64,000 bases of DNA from Myxococcota bacterium (GTDB taxonomy: Bacteria > UBA10199 > JADFYH01): NCBI GenBank assembly GCA_052034865.1, contig JBPOIC010000039.1, forward strand, positions 5,195 to 69,194, written 5' to 3'. Within the stretch, counting starts at the first letter, position 1, and every line of letters starts with the position of its first letter. The notes under the pieces were generated by a model that did not search any database, was not told where the DNA came from, and worked only from the letters and a program-made list of their open reading frames with translations. The position numbers were made by a program, and so were the translations under genes. Positions 55,135-64,000 of this stretch are shown here, piece by piece.

Positions 55135-56258
55135 AAAATCAAAGACTGAGATTTTTTCAGAAATCACAAGATCGTTTCAATAGATTGAAGAGCTTCACGA
55201 TCAGAATTTTCTATTCTCTTCTATTGATGGGATTGTTTTTAGAGTCGGCCTGTATCCGATATCCCAATTCCGGCATTCAGAACTCCTGGACTCAACAACT
55301 CCCTTCATCTCAACAAACGACTTCGGATGAAACGGATGATGAAACCTCTTCGAACTTCCTTAAAATCACTGCCTTGAATGTTGGTCAGGGAGACGCCACT
55401 TTGATCACAACCCCAAATGGAAAAAATCTTCTAATCGATGGTGGGCGGGATGGAAAGGGGCGGGATGTCATCCTTCCATACCTTAAATCTCGAGGAATTT
55501 CCTCGTTGGAGGCAGTCGTTGTGACTCATTACGATGGAGATCATTTGGGTGGAATCGATGAGGTGATCGCAGGCGAAGATGAAAAGTTAGGATCTGACGA
55601 TGATTGGATTCCAAAACTCGGTGTTTACGATCGTGGAGGTTATCCTTTTGATAACGCCCCTTTTTATTCGTCCTATCTTCAGGCGTCAGGAGAACATCGA
55701 AAGACCTTGGCAATTGGCGAGACGGTGAATCTAGATATAAATGTAGAGATCCGCTGTGTGGCCGTAAATGGGAAGGTTCAAAATGGAGAAAATATTGATT
55801 TATCTCAACCCGGTTTTTCAGAAATCGAAAATAGTGCCTCGATTGCCCTATTGATCACCTATGGAAATTTTACTTACCTGACTTCCGGCGATCTGACCGG
55901 TGGAGGAAGCCCCGGAGGTTACAAAACCCTGGATGTTGAAACTCCGCTGGCAAAGGTAGTAGGCCCAGTGACGGCGGTGCATGCAAATCACCACGGAAGC
56001 TTGTCGAGTTCCAATGAGATCTGGATTGAAACCCTCCAGCCTGAACTCGTATTTTTTAGTGTTGGGAATGAGAATGATTACCACCACCCTGCTCAAGAAG
56101 TGCTTGAGCGCTGGCAGGCGACAGACGCCGAAATTTGGCTCACCGAAAAAGGCTCTGGGGGATTTGTTCAGGGGGAGCATGTCGTCAACGGCTCTATCGA
56201 GCTTAGAACCGATGGCGAGAATTTCGAGATGGGTGAAGATCTGATTCCTTTAAATTAG
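55131..56258 (+). CDS. MBL-fold metallo-hydrolase lipoprotein (ComEC/Rec2 C-terminal-like)
   Basis: LKITALNVGQGDATLITTPNGKNLLIDGG ... VVTHYDGDHLGG is the ComEC-type beta-lactamase-fold motif. Lipobox LFLESAC. 4-nt overlap with LTD gene. Confidence 0.7.
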   Translation: MKNQRLRFFQKSQDRFNRLKSFTIRIFYSLLLMGLFLESACIRYPNSGIQNSWTQQLPSSQQTTSDETDDETSSNFLKITALNVGQGDATLITTPNGKNLLIDGGRDGKGRDVILPYLKSRGISSLEAVVVTHYDGDHLGGIDEVIAGEDEKLGSDDDWIPKLGVYDRGGYPFDNAPFYSSYLQASGEHRKTLAIGETVNLDINVEIRCVAVNGKVQNGENIDLSQPGFSEIENSASIALLITYGNFTYLTSGDLTGGGSPGGYKTLDVETPLAKVVGPVTAVHANHHGSLSSSNEIWIETLQPELVFFSVGNENDYHHPAQEVLERWQATDAEIWLTEKGSGGFVQGEHVVNGSIELRTDGENFEMGEDLIPLN

Positions 56259-56445
56259 CCAGTTTCAACATCAAGTGTTTATACATCCACTTTGGAAACA
56301 TCCTTCCCAGCTGTTTTGCCCTCCACTTATTGCCCATACACTTCCTGATTGATTTCCTTCGATTTTTTTCCTAGATCAGTATCTGTATTTCCAACAACTA
56401 CCGAAGAGCTGGATCTTAAAGGACTTTTTGAGTTCTTGTATTCTT

Positions 56446-57126
56446 ATGGAACTGATCGAAGAAATAAAACCATCTTTTAACGTCGATCCCCAATCCGAGG
56501 TTGAAAAAACCGAGAGAAAATGGGGCTATGAGGTGAGTAAACGCCTCTTCGATATCGTTTTTGCCCTCATCCAGATTCCCTTCCTTTTCCCTCTCATGGC
56601 TCTCATTGCCATCCTTATTAAAATCGATTCCAAAGGCCCTATCTTCTTTTCTCACCAAAGGGTTGGTAAAGGGGGAAAGTTATTTCATTGTTATAAGTTC
56701 AGGACGATGGTTGTAGGGGCGCACGAGCTGAAAGCAGATTTAGAACATCTTAATGAAATGGAAGGTCATGCCTTCAAAATGAAAAATGATCCGCGTGTGA
56801 CTCGCTTAGGAAGTTTTCTTAGAAAATATAGTTTGGATGAGCTACCGCAAATTTTTAATGTCATTAAAGGAGAAATGTCTTTTGTCGGGCCTCGTCCTCC
56901 TCTTCCTGAAGAAGTACAGAATTACCAGCCCTGGCATCGAAAAAGACTTTCGGTAACTCCTGGGATTACGTGTTTGTGGCAAATTAATGGTAGAAATGAG
57001 ATTCAAAGTTTTGATGATTGGGTGAGAATGGATCTTTTATACATTCAAAACTCATCTTTTTTACACGATCTGAAGATTATTCTTAAGACCGTTCCAGTGG
57101 TTCTTTCAAGACGTGGGGCGTATTAG
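56446..57126 (+). CDS. Undecaprenyl-phosphate sugar-1-phosphate transferase (small bacterial sugar transferase, WbaP/WecA-like C-terminal domain type)
   Basis: KRLFDIVFALIQIPFLFPLMALIAILIKIDSKGPIFFSHQRVGKGGKLFHCYKFRTM ... SFVGPRP are the canonical priming sugar-transferase motifs. Confidence 0.8.
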   Translation: MELIEEIKPSFNVDPQSEVEKTERKWGYEVSKRLFDIVFALIQIPFLFPLMALIAILIKIDSKGPIFFSHQRVGKGGKLFHCYKFRTMVVGAHELKADLEHLNEMEGHAFKMKNDPRVTRLGSFLRKYSLDELPQIFNVIKGEMSFVGPRPPLPEEVQNYQPWHRKRLSVTPGITCLWQINGRNEIQSFDDWVRMDLLYIQNSSFLHDLKIILKTVPVVLSRRGAY

Positions 57127-57873
57127 ATTTTGGTTCATGACTAGCAAATTGGTTTTGCTTTGAGGAGTTTCAGGATCAATGGGTAGAGGTTTTCATGCTT
57201 GTGATTGAAACTGAACTCACATTCTTTTAAGTGTAAATAGAAAGTCGATTTTCTCATCCCGCGAAACTTCGCAAGCCTCACCTTCGCCAGTCCCCAAAAG
57301 TTCTAAATTCCATTAATGTGGGTCTTATCTGTGGCAAAGACGTTCGCCCCATGGTTGACCCGGTAATGCCTTCGGTATCCTAAATCCACCAGTCCATCAT
57401 AGGCCCGCCATTTGTTCGAATGAATCGTGTTCTTAAAATCGACCTTTCCCCGGATGACCGCATGCAACGTAGATCTGGAGCAATCGGGCACGATCTCTGT
57501 ATAGACCTTGCCGTTGCGCTTATAGACACCAAACACAATCGTTTTTCCTAAAGCTCCACGCCATCTTTTCCCTCGAACGCGTCTGGCTCCAAAGAACGAC
57601 TCGTCTACTTCCACTTCTCCTTGAAAAGGCGATTCTCTCTCGCAACTTTGAGCAATGAGTTGACGGATGAGGGTTAGATAACGATTGAATCGTATTCCGA
57701 TTAAGTCCTGACAATTGAGCAATCTGAGTTGCCTGCAAATCCACCGAAAAATATCGGACAATTTCCCGGATTTTAGCCCTCGAAATCTTTGAACCATGAA
57801 AACACCCGCGAACCCTTATCATCTCTAGCTTTTTAGACATTATTCATGCCATTTGCTAGTCATGAACCAAAAT
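57127..57873. mobile_element. IS1595-family-derived miniature element with near-perfect 25-bp terminal inverted repeats and decayed transposase
   Basis: IRL attttggttcatgactagcaaattgg (57127-57152). IRR ccatttgctagtcatgaaccaaaat (57849-57873) has one indel versus the reverse complement. Begins immediately after the sugar-transferase stop codon. Confidence 0.6.
57303..57840 (-). pseudogene. IS1595-family (ISXO2-like) DDE transposase, frameshifted and C-terminally truncated
   Basis: N-terminal frame (57520-57840) has HTH region FSVDLQATQIAQLSGLNRNTI. C-terminal frame (57303-57797) has ESPFQGEVEVDESFFGARRVRGKRWRGALGKTIVFGV...PDCSRSTL...HSNKWRAYDGLVDLGYRRHYRVNHG...THINGI, then stop. The usual ESFWS... 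tail is absent. Confidence 0.6.
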
Positions 57874-57886
57874 TATTTTGTCACTC

Positions 57887-59153
57887 ACAACTAAAGATGT
57901 CCTGTGATTGATTTTATTCATGCGGCCTTTTTTTTGGCTTTCAGGCTGTAAGGTTTGCCGTTTTGTTCGTACTGTCCCAACAGCTTGTCCTGATAACTCA
58001 CTCCCAACGTTCCATTGGGAAACTGGTGGACGATGACCGGACAGCGAACAAAGTGAACTCTCTCAGGCCTTTCAGGAATCTGCAGAATCACATTCTGGTA
58101 AGTCACGGTGTTGTCTTGGCGCACAATCCTCTCCTCCTGAACCGAAAGCAGAAGCTTTAAGTCAATGCCTGCCAAAGGAGTAAAGGCCGTCTCTGTCTAA
58201 GCCGGGGGCACCGTAAAGAGTTTATTGAACTTCGCTAGAAACGTTTTGTTCAGATACTCATTGGCCTGATCATAGCTTTGAATCCCCTCCAAACGAAGCT
58301 CTTGAGGCAGTCTACCTTGGAACGTCCCAAACGCCCGCTCACTCCTCCCCCGTGCCTGAGGAGAACGAGCGGAGATCTGACGGATTCCTAAGGCCTTTAA
58401 CACCCGACTGACTTGGCCGTTCTGCACCTCATCCGGTCCTTGCACCGCCTGGCTAGTCCGTCCGAAGTGAGATCTTCGATCATGATAGAGCTCACAGAAA
58501 CGACCATAACGGGTCAAGACATGCTCCAAAGCAGCCAGGGTCGACAGCGTCCCTTCCTGAGGTACGAATCGGGCATACAACGCCTTGCCATCCGCATCGT
58601 CTAACACCAAGATTAAATCCCAGGGCGGAATGCTTGCAATCCATTCATGAGTTGATCCATCGATGTGGATCAACATCCCCCGCATCCCACGCCTCTCCCG
58701 TTTACGCCGATGCTTTCCCCGAGACGGCCCTTTCTGGACAATCCCCGCCTCCTCCAACACGATGCGGGTCCAGTTGTAGGAAAGAGACAGCTGATGCTTT
58801 TGGGTCGCATATTCGTGAAAATGCTTCACGGAAAAATCAGGATAAATCTCTCGCTTCAAGCGACACACTTCCTCAATCGTCTGGAGAGCAATCCGCTTGC
58901 GGCGGGGCGTGCCTGATCGCTTATCTCTTAAACCCCCATACCCATGCTCTTCCCACCGCTTTTTCAACCGACGCATCTGGCGGGCGCTGATCCCTAAAAT
59001 ATCCGCTGCCTGGATCCAGCTGATCTTCTTCTCGATGGCCTTCAAGATCACTTCTTTCCGGGTCATTTGTCTCGCCTCCCGGGTGACGGCTTTGTTATGG
59101 GTATTCATCCCATAATGATCGCCTCACCCTGCAAAGCGGACATCTTTAATTGT
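57887..59153. mobile_element. IS481-like (rve/integrase-core) insertion sequence with split transposase
   Basis: Imperfect terminal inverted repeats acaactaaagatgtcc (57887-57902) and ggacatctttaattgt (59138-59153). Transposase on minus strand in two frames: 58197-59108 (HTH plus DDE core) and 57918-58175 (C-terminal domain). Confidence 0.5.
58197..59108 (-). CDS. rve-type DDE transposase, IS481-family-like (main fragment; C-terminal part continues in another frame at 57918-58175)
   Basis: N-terminal HTH ISWIQAADILGISARQMRRLKKRWEEHGYGGLRDKRSGTPRR. Integrase core LIHIDGSTHEW...LVLDDADG...FCELYHDRRSHF. Confidence 0.6.
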   Translation of the reverse strand: MNTHNKAVTREARQMTRKEVILKAIEKKISWIQAADILGISARQMRRLKKRWEEHGYGGLRDKRSGTPRRKRIALQTIEEVCRLKREIYPDFSVKHFHEYATQKHQLSLSYNWTRIVLEEAGIVQKGPSRGKHRRKRERRGMRGMLIHIDGSTHEWIASIPPWDLILVLDDADGKALYARFVPQEGTLSTLAALEHVLTRYGRFCELYHDRRSHFGRTSQAVQGPDEVQNGQVSRVLKALGIRQISARSPQARGRSERAFGTFQGRLPQELRLEGIQSYDQANEYLNKTFLAKFNKLFTVPPA

Positions 59154-59266
59154 TTATGATGCGGACATATCCAATGTTAGGGACAATGTTTGCAGAGGGG
59201 CTTAAGAGAACCTGGGAGTGGTTTAAGAGAAGAAAATGAAAAATATAGATACAGACTTCATCAGTT

Positions 59267-60655
59267 TTAATTTCTATATTCCAGATAAATCCAAGGAATC
59301 GAATTTGTAAATTTTGCAGTAATATTTGAATTGGTAAACGGAGGAGGGTGATCACCCACAATTAAAAAGTCAGTCGGCGGGAGTGACGGATCCTTCAGAA
59401 CTTCAGATATAGACTGAAACAGCGCATCTAACACGGAGTAAAGTGCACAAATTTGAGGATATCTACTTATATTTTCATTCTGACTACAGACACTTTCTCT
59501 TTCACTCTTTATGTCACTCGATAAAGGTAGATGGGAGTTTAAAGTAAGCCAATAAATAAACTTCTTTTTCTCAGTTTTTTCATTCAAGAGATTGAGCAAG
59601 TGATGAGCGATCTCAAAATCGCAAACACCCTGAAACGCAATCCCACATAATTTATAATTCAGTGGTTTAAAATCTTCCAAGTATATCTCTTTTTCAAACC
59701 CAAGTAACTTATGCCATACATCGCGATCGTAGAATTGGCCGGTAAATCCGTGAAGGGAGTAGGTATCAAATCCTTTCATTTTATAGTACTTTGGCAAGCA
59801 TTCGAAATCGATAGAAGAAATATGAATGCCCGTTAGCTTTTTTGCACAGAGTTCCCTAATTTCGCCATGAATAGTAGATCCACCTGTAAAAGGAATTCTT
59901 CCTTCATAAATTTTAAATCTTTGTTGTATTAGTGGGGCCAGAAAAATATTAAAAAGATTACTGTTTAATGAAGGATCCTGAAACTCTCCTAACGATTCGA
60001 CCAAAACCAGTACAATATTTTCGGACCTTTTTCCCCAAATTTGACTAGAAGCAAATTGGTCTGAAGTTAGCCCCTCAAATTTTGCTTTCTGGGCAACTCC
60101 ACTTACAATAGCTGAAATGATACCAAAAGCCGGAGAACCTCCAAGATTAACCTTATAATGTACATTGTCAGCTCTTGAGAAAATAGTTGTGCCATTCACC
60201 CAGTCTAAAAGAGAGAATAAACACGCGAGAAGTAAGAATGCAAAAGGGATCTTTGAGTGGTTTTGCTCTTTTGTTTTTTTTACCCGGAAAATAAGGAAAT
60301 AAAAAACAAAGATGAAAATTAAAAACAAGACTAAGCTTAAAGTTAAGGTTTTGAAGATATAAAAATACTTGATGAGATATATTATCTCTGCAGGATGTAA
60401 ATGGTAAAAATGCCCTAATGCAGTAAGTACATCAGCAAGGAAACACAAACTAAACAGAAACAAAAACAGGTACCTTCTTAAATAATAGCTTGAAAATGCA
60501 ATCGCAAAATAATCTACGTTAACAAATGCACGATCGTAGAAATAATCTTTGCGAAAAAACCAAAAAAATAAATTCGGGATAAGAATAAGGAGAAAGATAC
60601 GTTTTAGAAAGCCTGATGTTTTTTTTTTGTTCATCATTTTAGATGTATTATCCAC
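59267..60655 (-). CDS. Membrane-anchored sulfatase-like / LTA-synthase-like (alkaline-phosphatase superfamily) protein
   Basis: About 5 N-terminal TM helices then IVLVLVESLG, GGSTIHGEIRELC, IVGDHPPPF. Lies in a visibly AT-rich stretch. Confidence 0.55.
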   Translation of the reverse strand: MDNTSKMMNKKKTSGFLKRIFLLILIPNLFFWFFRKDYFYDRAFVNVDYFAIAFSSYYLRRYLFLFLFSLCFLADVLTALGHFYHLHPAEIIYLIKYFYIFKTLTLSLVLFLIFIFVFYFLIFRVKKTKEQNHSKIPFAFLLLACLFSLLDWVNGTTIFSRADNVHYKVNLGGSPAFGIISAIVSGVAQKAKFEGLTSDQFASSQIWGKRSENIVLVLVESLGEFQDPSLNSNLFNIFLAPLIQQRFKIYEGRIPFTGGSTIHGEIRELCAKKLTGIHISSIDFECLPKYYKMKGFDTYSLHGFTGQFYDRDVWHKLLGFEKEIYLEDFKPLNYKLCGIAFQGVCDFEIAHHLLNLLNEKTEKKKFIYWLTLNSHLPLSSDIKSERESVCSQNENISRYPQICALYSVLDALFQSISEVLKDPSLPPTDFLIVGDHPPPFTNSNITAKFTNSIPWIYLEYRN

Positions 60656-60680
60656 AGCTTGATCTGAACGCTCTCTGATT

Positions 60681-61853
60681 TTAAATTTTTTTTAATGAAG
60701 GACCTTTGCGCATATTAAATTCACCCCAACATTTCTCCACAAAATTTTTAAACTCTTTCCTGAATCTTTCAACCGAAAATCTCTCTGCATTTTTACGACA
60801 TATTTCGGGTAGAAATATGTCCGGTTTCTTCTCGAAGAAATCCACAGCAGAGACTATTGCTTGTGCGCTTTGCTCTTCAAAGAATACACCTGTTGGAGAC
60901 TGATCCCAACCATCAGGTCGATTCGCCCAAACACCCAAAATAGTTTCTAGTGCTCCCCCTTTTCCAAAGGCAATCACAGGGGTTCCACAGGACTGAGCCT
61001 CTACTGGTGTGATTCCAAAATCTTCCTCTGCCGCAAAGATAAAAGCCTTCGCCTTTTGAATATGAGTTTTAAGTACCTCAAAAGGTTGATGTCCTAATAA
61101 TTCCACATTACGACCTGCCTTCTTTTTCACTTTTTTGAAATCAGGCCCATCTCCAATAACTATTAATCGTTTGTCCGGCATTTTTGAGAAAGCTTCAACG
61201 ATCAAATCTATTTTCTTATAAGGGACCATTCTAGAGGCAGTGAGGTAAATATTTTCTTTTGTTTCGTTTAATTTGAAGGAATCAAGATCCACTGGAGGAT
61301 AAATTACTTTAGAATCACGTCTGTAAACCTTTTTAATTCTCCGGGAAATATAATGAGAATTTGCAATAAAGATATCCACCCCATTAGCACTAGAAACGTC
61401 CCATTGGCGTATCTTATGGAGAATCCATTTCGCAAACCAACCTTTAAACCCCTTATTCAAATTGGATTCTTTTAAATATTGATGCTGTAAGTCCCAGGCA
61501 TAACGCATTGGGGAGTGAACATAAGAAATGTGAAGCTGATCAGGCCCTGTGATAACACCTTTGGCAACAGCATGAGAACTTGAGATTACCAAATCATAGC
61601 TACTTAAATCGAATTGCTCTATCGCTAGAGGCATGAGGGGTAGGTATTGGCGATATCTAGTTTTCGAAAAAGGAAGTTTTTGTATAAATGAAGAAGTGGA
61701 TTTTTTATTTTGAAGAAAGTTTCTATGATTTAAAGATATGAAGTCTACAAGGGTAAAAATCTCTGATTCAGGATAACAATCGAGTATTTGTTCTAGCACT
61801 TTTTCTGCACCAGCAGATGTTACCAGCCAATCGTGAATAACAGAAATTTTCAT
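60681..61853 (-). CDS. Glycosyltransferase family 4
   Basis: MKISVIHDWLVTSAGAEKVLEQIL... and C-terminal EDFGITPVEAQSCGTPVIAFGKGGALE (E-x7-E). Confidence 0.8.
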   Translation of the reverse strand: MKISVIHDWLVTSAGAEKVLEQILDCYPESEIFTLVDFISLNHRNFLQNKKSTSSFIQKLPFSKTRYRQYLPLMPLAIEQFDLSSYDLVISSSHAVAKGVITGPDQLHISYVHSPMRYAWDLQHQYLKESNLNKGFKGWFAKWILHKIRQWDVSSANGVDIFIANSHYISRRIKKVYRRDSKVIYPPVDLDSFKLNETKENIYLTASRMVPYKKIDLIVEAFSKMPDKRLIVIGDGPDFKKVKKKAGRNVELLGHQPFEVLKTHIQKAKAFIFAAEEDFGITPVEAQSCGTPVIAFGKGGALETILGVWANRPDGWDQSPTGVFFEEQSAQAIVSAVDFFEKKPDIFLPEICRKNAERFSVERFRKEFKNFVEKCWGEFNMRKGPSLKKI

Positions 61854-62188
61854 ATAAATGTACTCTTGATAAAAATATTGCTCGAATTATTAAAGTTATA
61901 GTAGGCGAGGACCCGTGGCGGATCGGCATGCCCACAAGGTAGTTCTGCATGTCTTAAAATAAGGAAGAATCAAACATAGAATAAAGCTCTAGCGATTAGG
62001 TTTGAAAGAAAAATCTTTAAAGTAAAAAAGCGAATGGACTGTGGAGGCTATTTTACCAGATGCTAAAAATACTTTCGCTTTAGTCAGGTTTCTTATCGAT
62101 GCGGAAAATTGAAACTTACAACTATATTAAAATCCAAAATGAATAAAATTAGGCCATTCAGTAAGTCGGCTATTGGAGATTGTAGAGA

Positions 62189-62956
62189 ATGAAAGTCGTC
62201 ATTCTAGCAGGAGGAATGGGAACACGTATTGCCGAAGAGTCGGTGTTACGTCCGAAACCAATGATTGAGATAGGCGGGAAGCCGATCCTTTGGCATATCA
62301 TGAAAATCTACTCAAGCTTTGGGTTGAACGATTTTTTAATTTGTCTAGGCTATAAAGGCTACCTTATTAAAGAATACTTTGCGAATTACTTTTTACACAT
62401 GTCGGATGTTACCTTTGATATGTCCAAGAACAAAATGGAGGTCCATCAAAATAGTGCCGAACCTTGGAAGGTAACTCTGATTGATACCGGTGAACACACG
62501 ATGACCGGTGGACGCTTGAAACGGGTTAAATCTTACATTGGTACTGATGACTTTTGTTTTACTTACGGCGATGGGGTTGGAGATATCAATGTATCTGAAG
62601 TGCTTTCTTTCCATAAAAAACAAAAAACATTAGCCACTCTAACGGCGACTCAACCTCCAGGAAGATTTGGATCTCTCAAAATTGATAGCCATAAAATTAC
62701 AAGTTTCGAAGAGAAACCTCAGGGAGATGGGGGGTGGATCAATGGTGGTTTTTTTGTTTTATCTCCCAAGGTCATTAATTATATAGGTGACGATCAAACC
62801 ATTTGGGAAAGAGAGCCCATGGAACGTCTTGCCCAAGAAGGACAATTGTCTGCGTATGCCCACCATGGTTTTTGGCAACCCATGGACACCTTAAGAGATC
62901 GTGTTAAGCTTGAAGAATTGTGGGATTCTGGGAAGGCCCCTTGGAAGGTTTGGTGA
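62189..62956 (+). CDS. rfbF: Glucose-1-phosphate cytidylyltransferase
   Basis: [41 protein letters not shown] is near-canonical RfbF/DdhA. Confidence 0.85.
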   Translation: MKVVILAGGMGTRIAEESVLRPKPMIEIGGKPILWHIMKIYSSFGLNDFLICLGYKGYLIKEYFANYFLHMSDVTFDMSKNKMEVHQNSAEPWKVTLIDTGEHTMTGGRLKRVKSYIGTDDFCFTYGDGVGDINVSEVLSFHKKQKTLATLTATQPPGRFGSLKIDSHKITSFEEKPQGDGGWINGGFFVLSPKVINYIGDDQTIWEREPMERLAQEGQLSAYAHHGFWQPMDTLRDRVKLEELWDSGKAPWKVW

Positions 62957-64000
62957 TGAATCAAAGTTTCTGGAAAGATAAAAAGGTTTTCATTACCGGT
63001 CATACGGGTTTTAAGGGAAGTTGGCTTTCTTTATGGCTTGAGGAGCTTGGCGCTAATGTTACAGGTTTTTCCCTCCCCCCTCCCAGTCAACCTAGCTTTT
63101 TCGAGTCCGCCAAACTACACGATGGAATAAAGAGTCAACTTGGAGATGTGCGGATTTATAATGATCTTCATGATGCGATTCTCAAATCACATCCTGAAAT
63201 TATTTTTCATTTAGCAGCCCAGTCCCTTGTTCGCCCCTCTTATCAAAATCCCATCGAAACTTATGCGACAAATGTCATGGGAACCGCTCACCTCTTGGAG
63301 GCCAGCCGCTTTGTGAAAGGGATCAAAGCAATTGTTATCGTTACAAGTGACAAGTGTTATGAAAACCGCGAATGGGTGTGGGGCTACCGAGAAAATGATC
63401 CCATGGGCGGTTTTGATCCTTATAGTAATAGTAAAGGTTGCGCAGAGCTTGTCACTGCTTCTTTCCGAAACTCTTTTTTCCATCCTGATCATTTTAAGCA
63501 GCATGGAGTCGCCATTGCTTCGGTTCGAGCTGGCAATGTGATCGGTGGTGGAGACTGGGCAACCGATCGCCTGATACCCGATTTGATTCGAGCCTTTTCT
63601 CAGAATGAGCCAGTCCATATCCGTAATCCTAACGCCATCAGACCTTGGCAACATGTGTTAGAGCCGTTAAGCGGTTATCTTTTGCTTGGGCAAAAACTTT
63701 ACGAGGAAGGTCCTCTATATGCTGAGGCATGGAATTTTGGTCCGAGTGACGAAGATGCTCAGCCTGTATCTTGGATTGTGAATAAGGTCGCAACGCTTTG
63801 GGGAAACAATTCAAAATGGTCTATTGAGTCGAAAGAGAATCCCCATGAGGCACACTATCTAAAACTCGACTGCTCTAAGGTAAAAATGAAATTAGGGTGG
63901 AAATCTAAATGGCCGTTGAGTCAATGCTTGGAAGAAACTGTAAAGTGGTATCAGGCCTTCTATCAAAAGCAAAACATCCGGGATTTTTCTATTCAACAAA
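62956..64000 (+). CDS. rfbG: CDP-glucose 4,6-dehydratase (partial, runs off window end)
   Basis: ATG 62956 overlaps rfbF TGA (tgATGa). VFITGHTGFKGSWLSLWLEELGANV, YSNSKGCAEL. No stop before 64000. Confidence 0.8.
   Translation, partial: MNQSFWKDKKVFITGHTGFKGSWLSLWLEELGANVTGFSLPPPSQPSFFESAKLHDGIKSQLGDVRIYNDLHDAILKSHPEIIFHLAAQSLVRPSYQNPIETYATNVMGTAHLLEASRFVKGIKAIVIVTSDKCYENREWVWGYRENDPMGGFDPYSNSKGCAELVTASFRNSFFHPDHFKQHGVAIASVRAGNVIGGGDWATDRLIPDLIRAFSQNEPVHIRNPNAIRPWQHVLEPLSGYLLLGQKLYEEGPLYAEAWNFGPSDEDAQPVSWIVNKVATLWGNNSKWSIESKENPHEAHYLKLDCSKVKMKLGWKSKWPLSQCLEETVKWYQAFYQKQNIRDFSIQQ

Noticed and set aside
61853-62188. Possible JUMPstart/ops element upstream of rfbF (ggtagttctg)
   Set aside because: Only a partial match to GGCGGTAGnnTG; not convincing by eye.
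1-64000. CRISPR arrays, rRNA and tRNA genes
   Set aside because: No regularly spaced direct repeats and no cloverleaf-like or rRNA-like stretches were recognised in any intergenic region. Gaps larger than 150 nt were scanned by eye.

Overview
The window covers about 64 kb of a Gram-negative bacterial chromosome of unidentified lineage. All calls were made by eye from the six-frame track and sequence motifs. No searches were run, so family names are motif-level recognitions, not database hits. Most of the window is densely packed chromosomal genes.

(1) 1-4090 holds a partial MMPL/RND-type exporter next to a GT4 glycosyltransferase, a polysaccharide deacetylase and a flippase-like membrane protein.

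(2) 4352-9441 is a candidate bacterial ceramide/sphingolipid cluster: a PAP2_3 head-group transferase lies divergent from a serine-palmitoyltransferase-like gene, followed by a GNAT-like acyltransferase and a CerR-like SDR.

(3) 9640-18064 carries housekeeping genes (proA, rsfS, rlmH, gpmI, gltA, tal, an M3 peptidase) and a 67-aa histone-fold protein with a strong RBS and a terminator.

(4) 18574-36076 has a PilZ gene followed by the complex I locus nuoA-B-C-D-E-F-G-H-J-K-L-M-N with nuoI absent. Decayed toxin-antitoxin cassettes sit between nuoF/nuoG (brnT with an in-frame stop, plus brnA) and between nuoK/nuoL (frameshifted hicB and a hicA-like remnant). Three further non-nuo ORFs interrupt the locus, one antisense.

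(5) 36124-41286 holds an OMPP1/FadL-type outer-membrane transporter, an ArsC-family protein, tag, and a fused acyl-CoA mutase.

(6) 41291-49942 is an 8.65-kb single gene for a FAAL-ACP-KS-AT-DH-ER-KR-ACP megasynthase with no release domain. It is convergent with the mutase and lies next to Wzz/Wza-type polysaccharide export genes.

(7) 52725-64000 is a glycan/exopolysaccharide region. It contains a tandemly duplicated lamin-tail-domain lipoprotein, a ComEC-like MBL lipoprotein and a priming sugar transferase. Two degraded IS elements follow (an IS1595-like miniature with intact inverted repeats and an IS481-like element with a split transposase). After them come an AT-rich cassette (sulfatase-like membrane protein, GT4) and rfbF/rfbG for CDP-dideoxyhexose synthesis.

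No rRNA, tRNA or CRISPR array was recognised.
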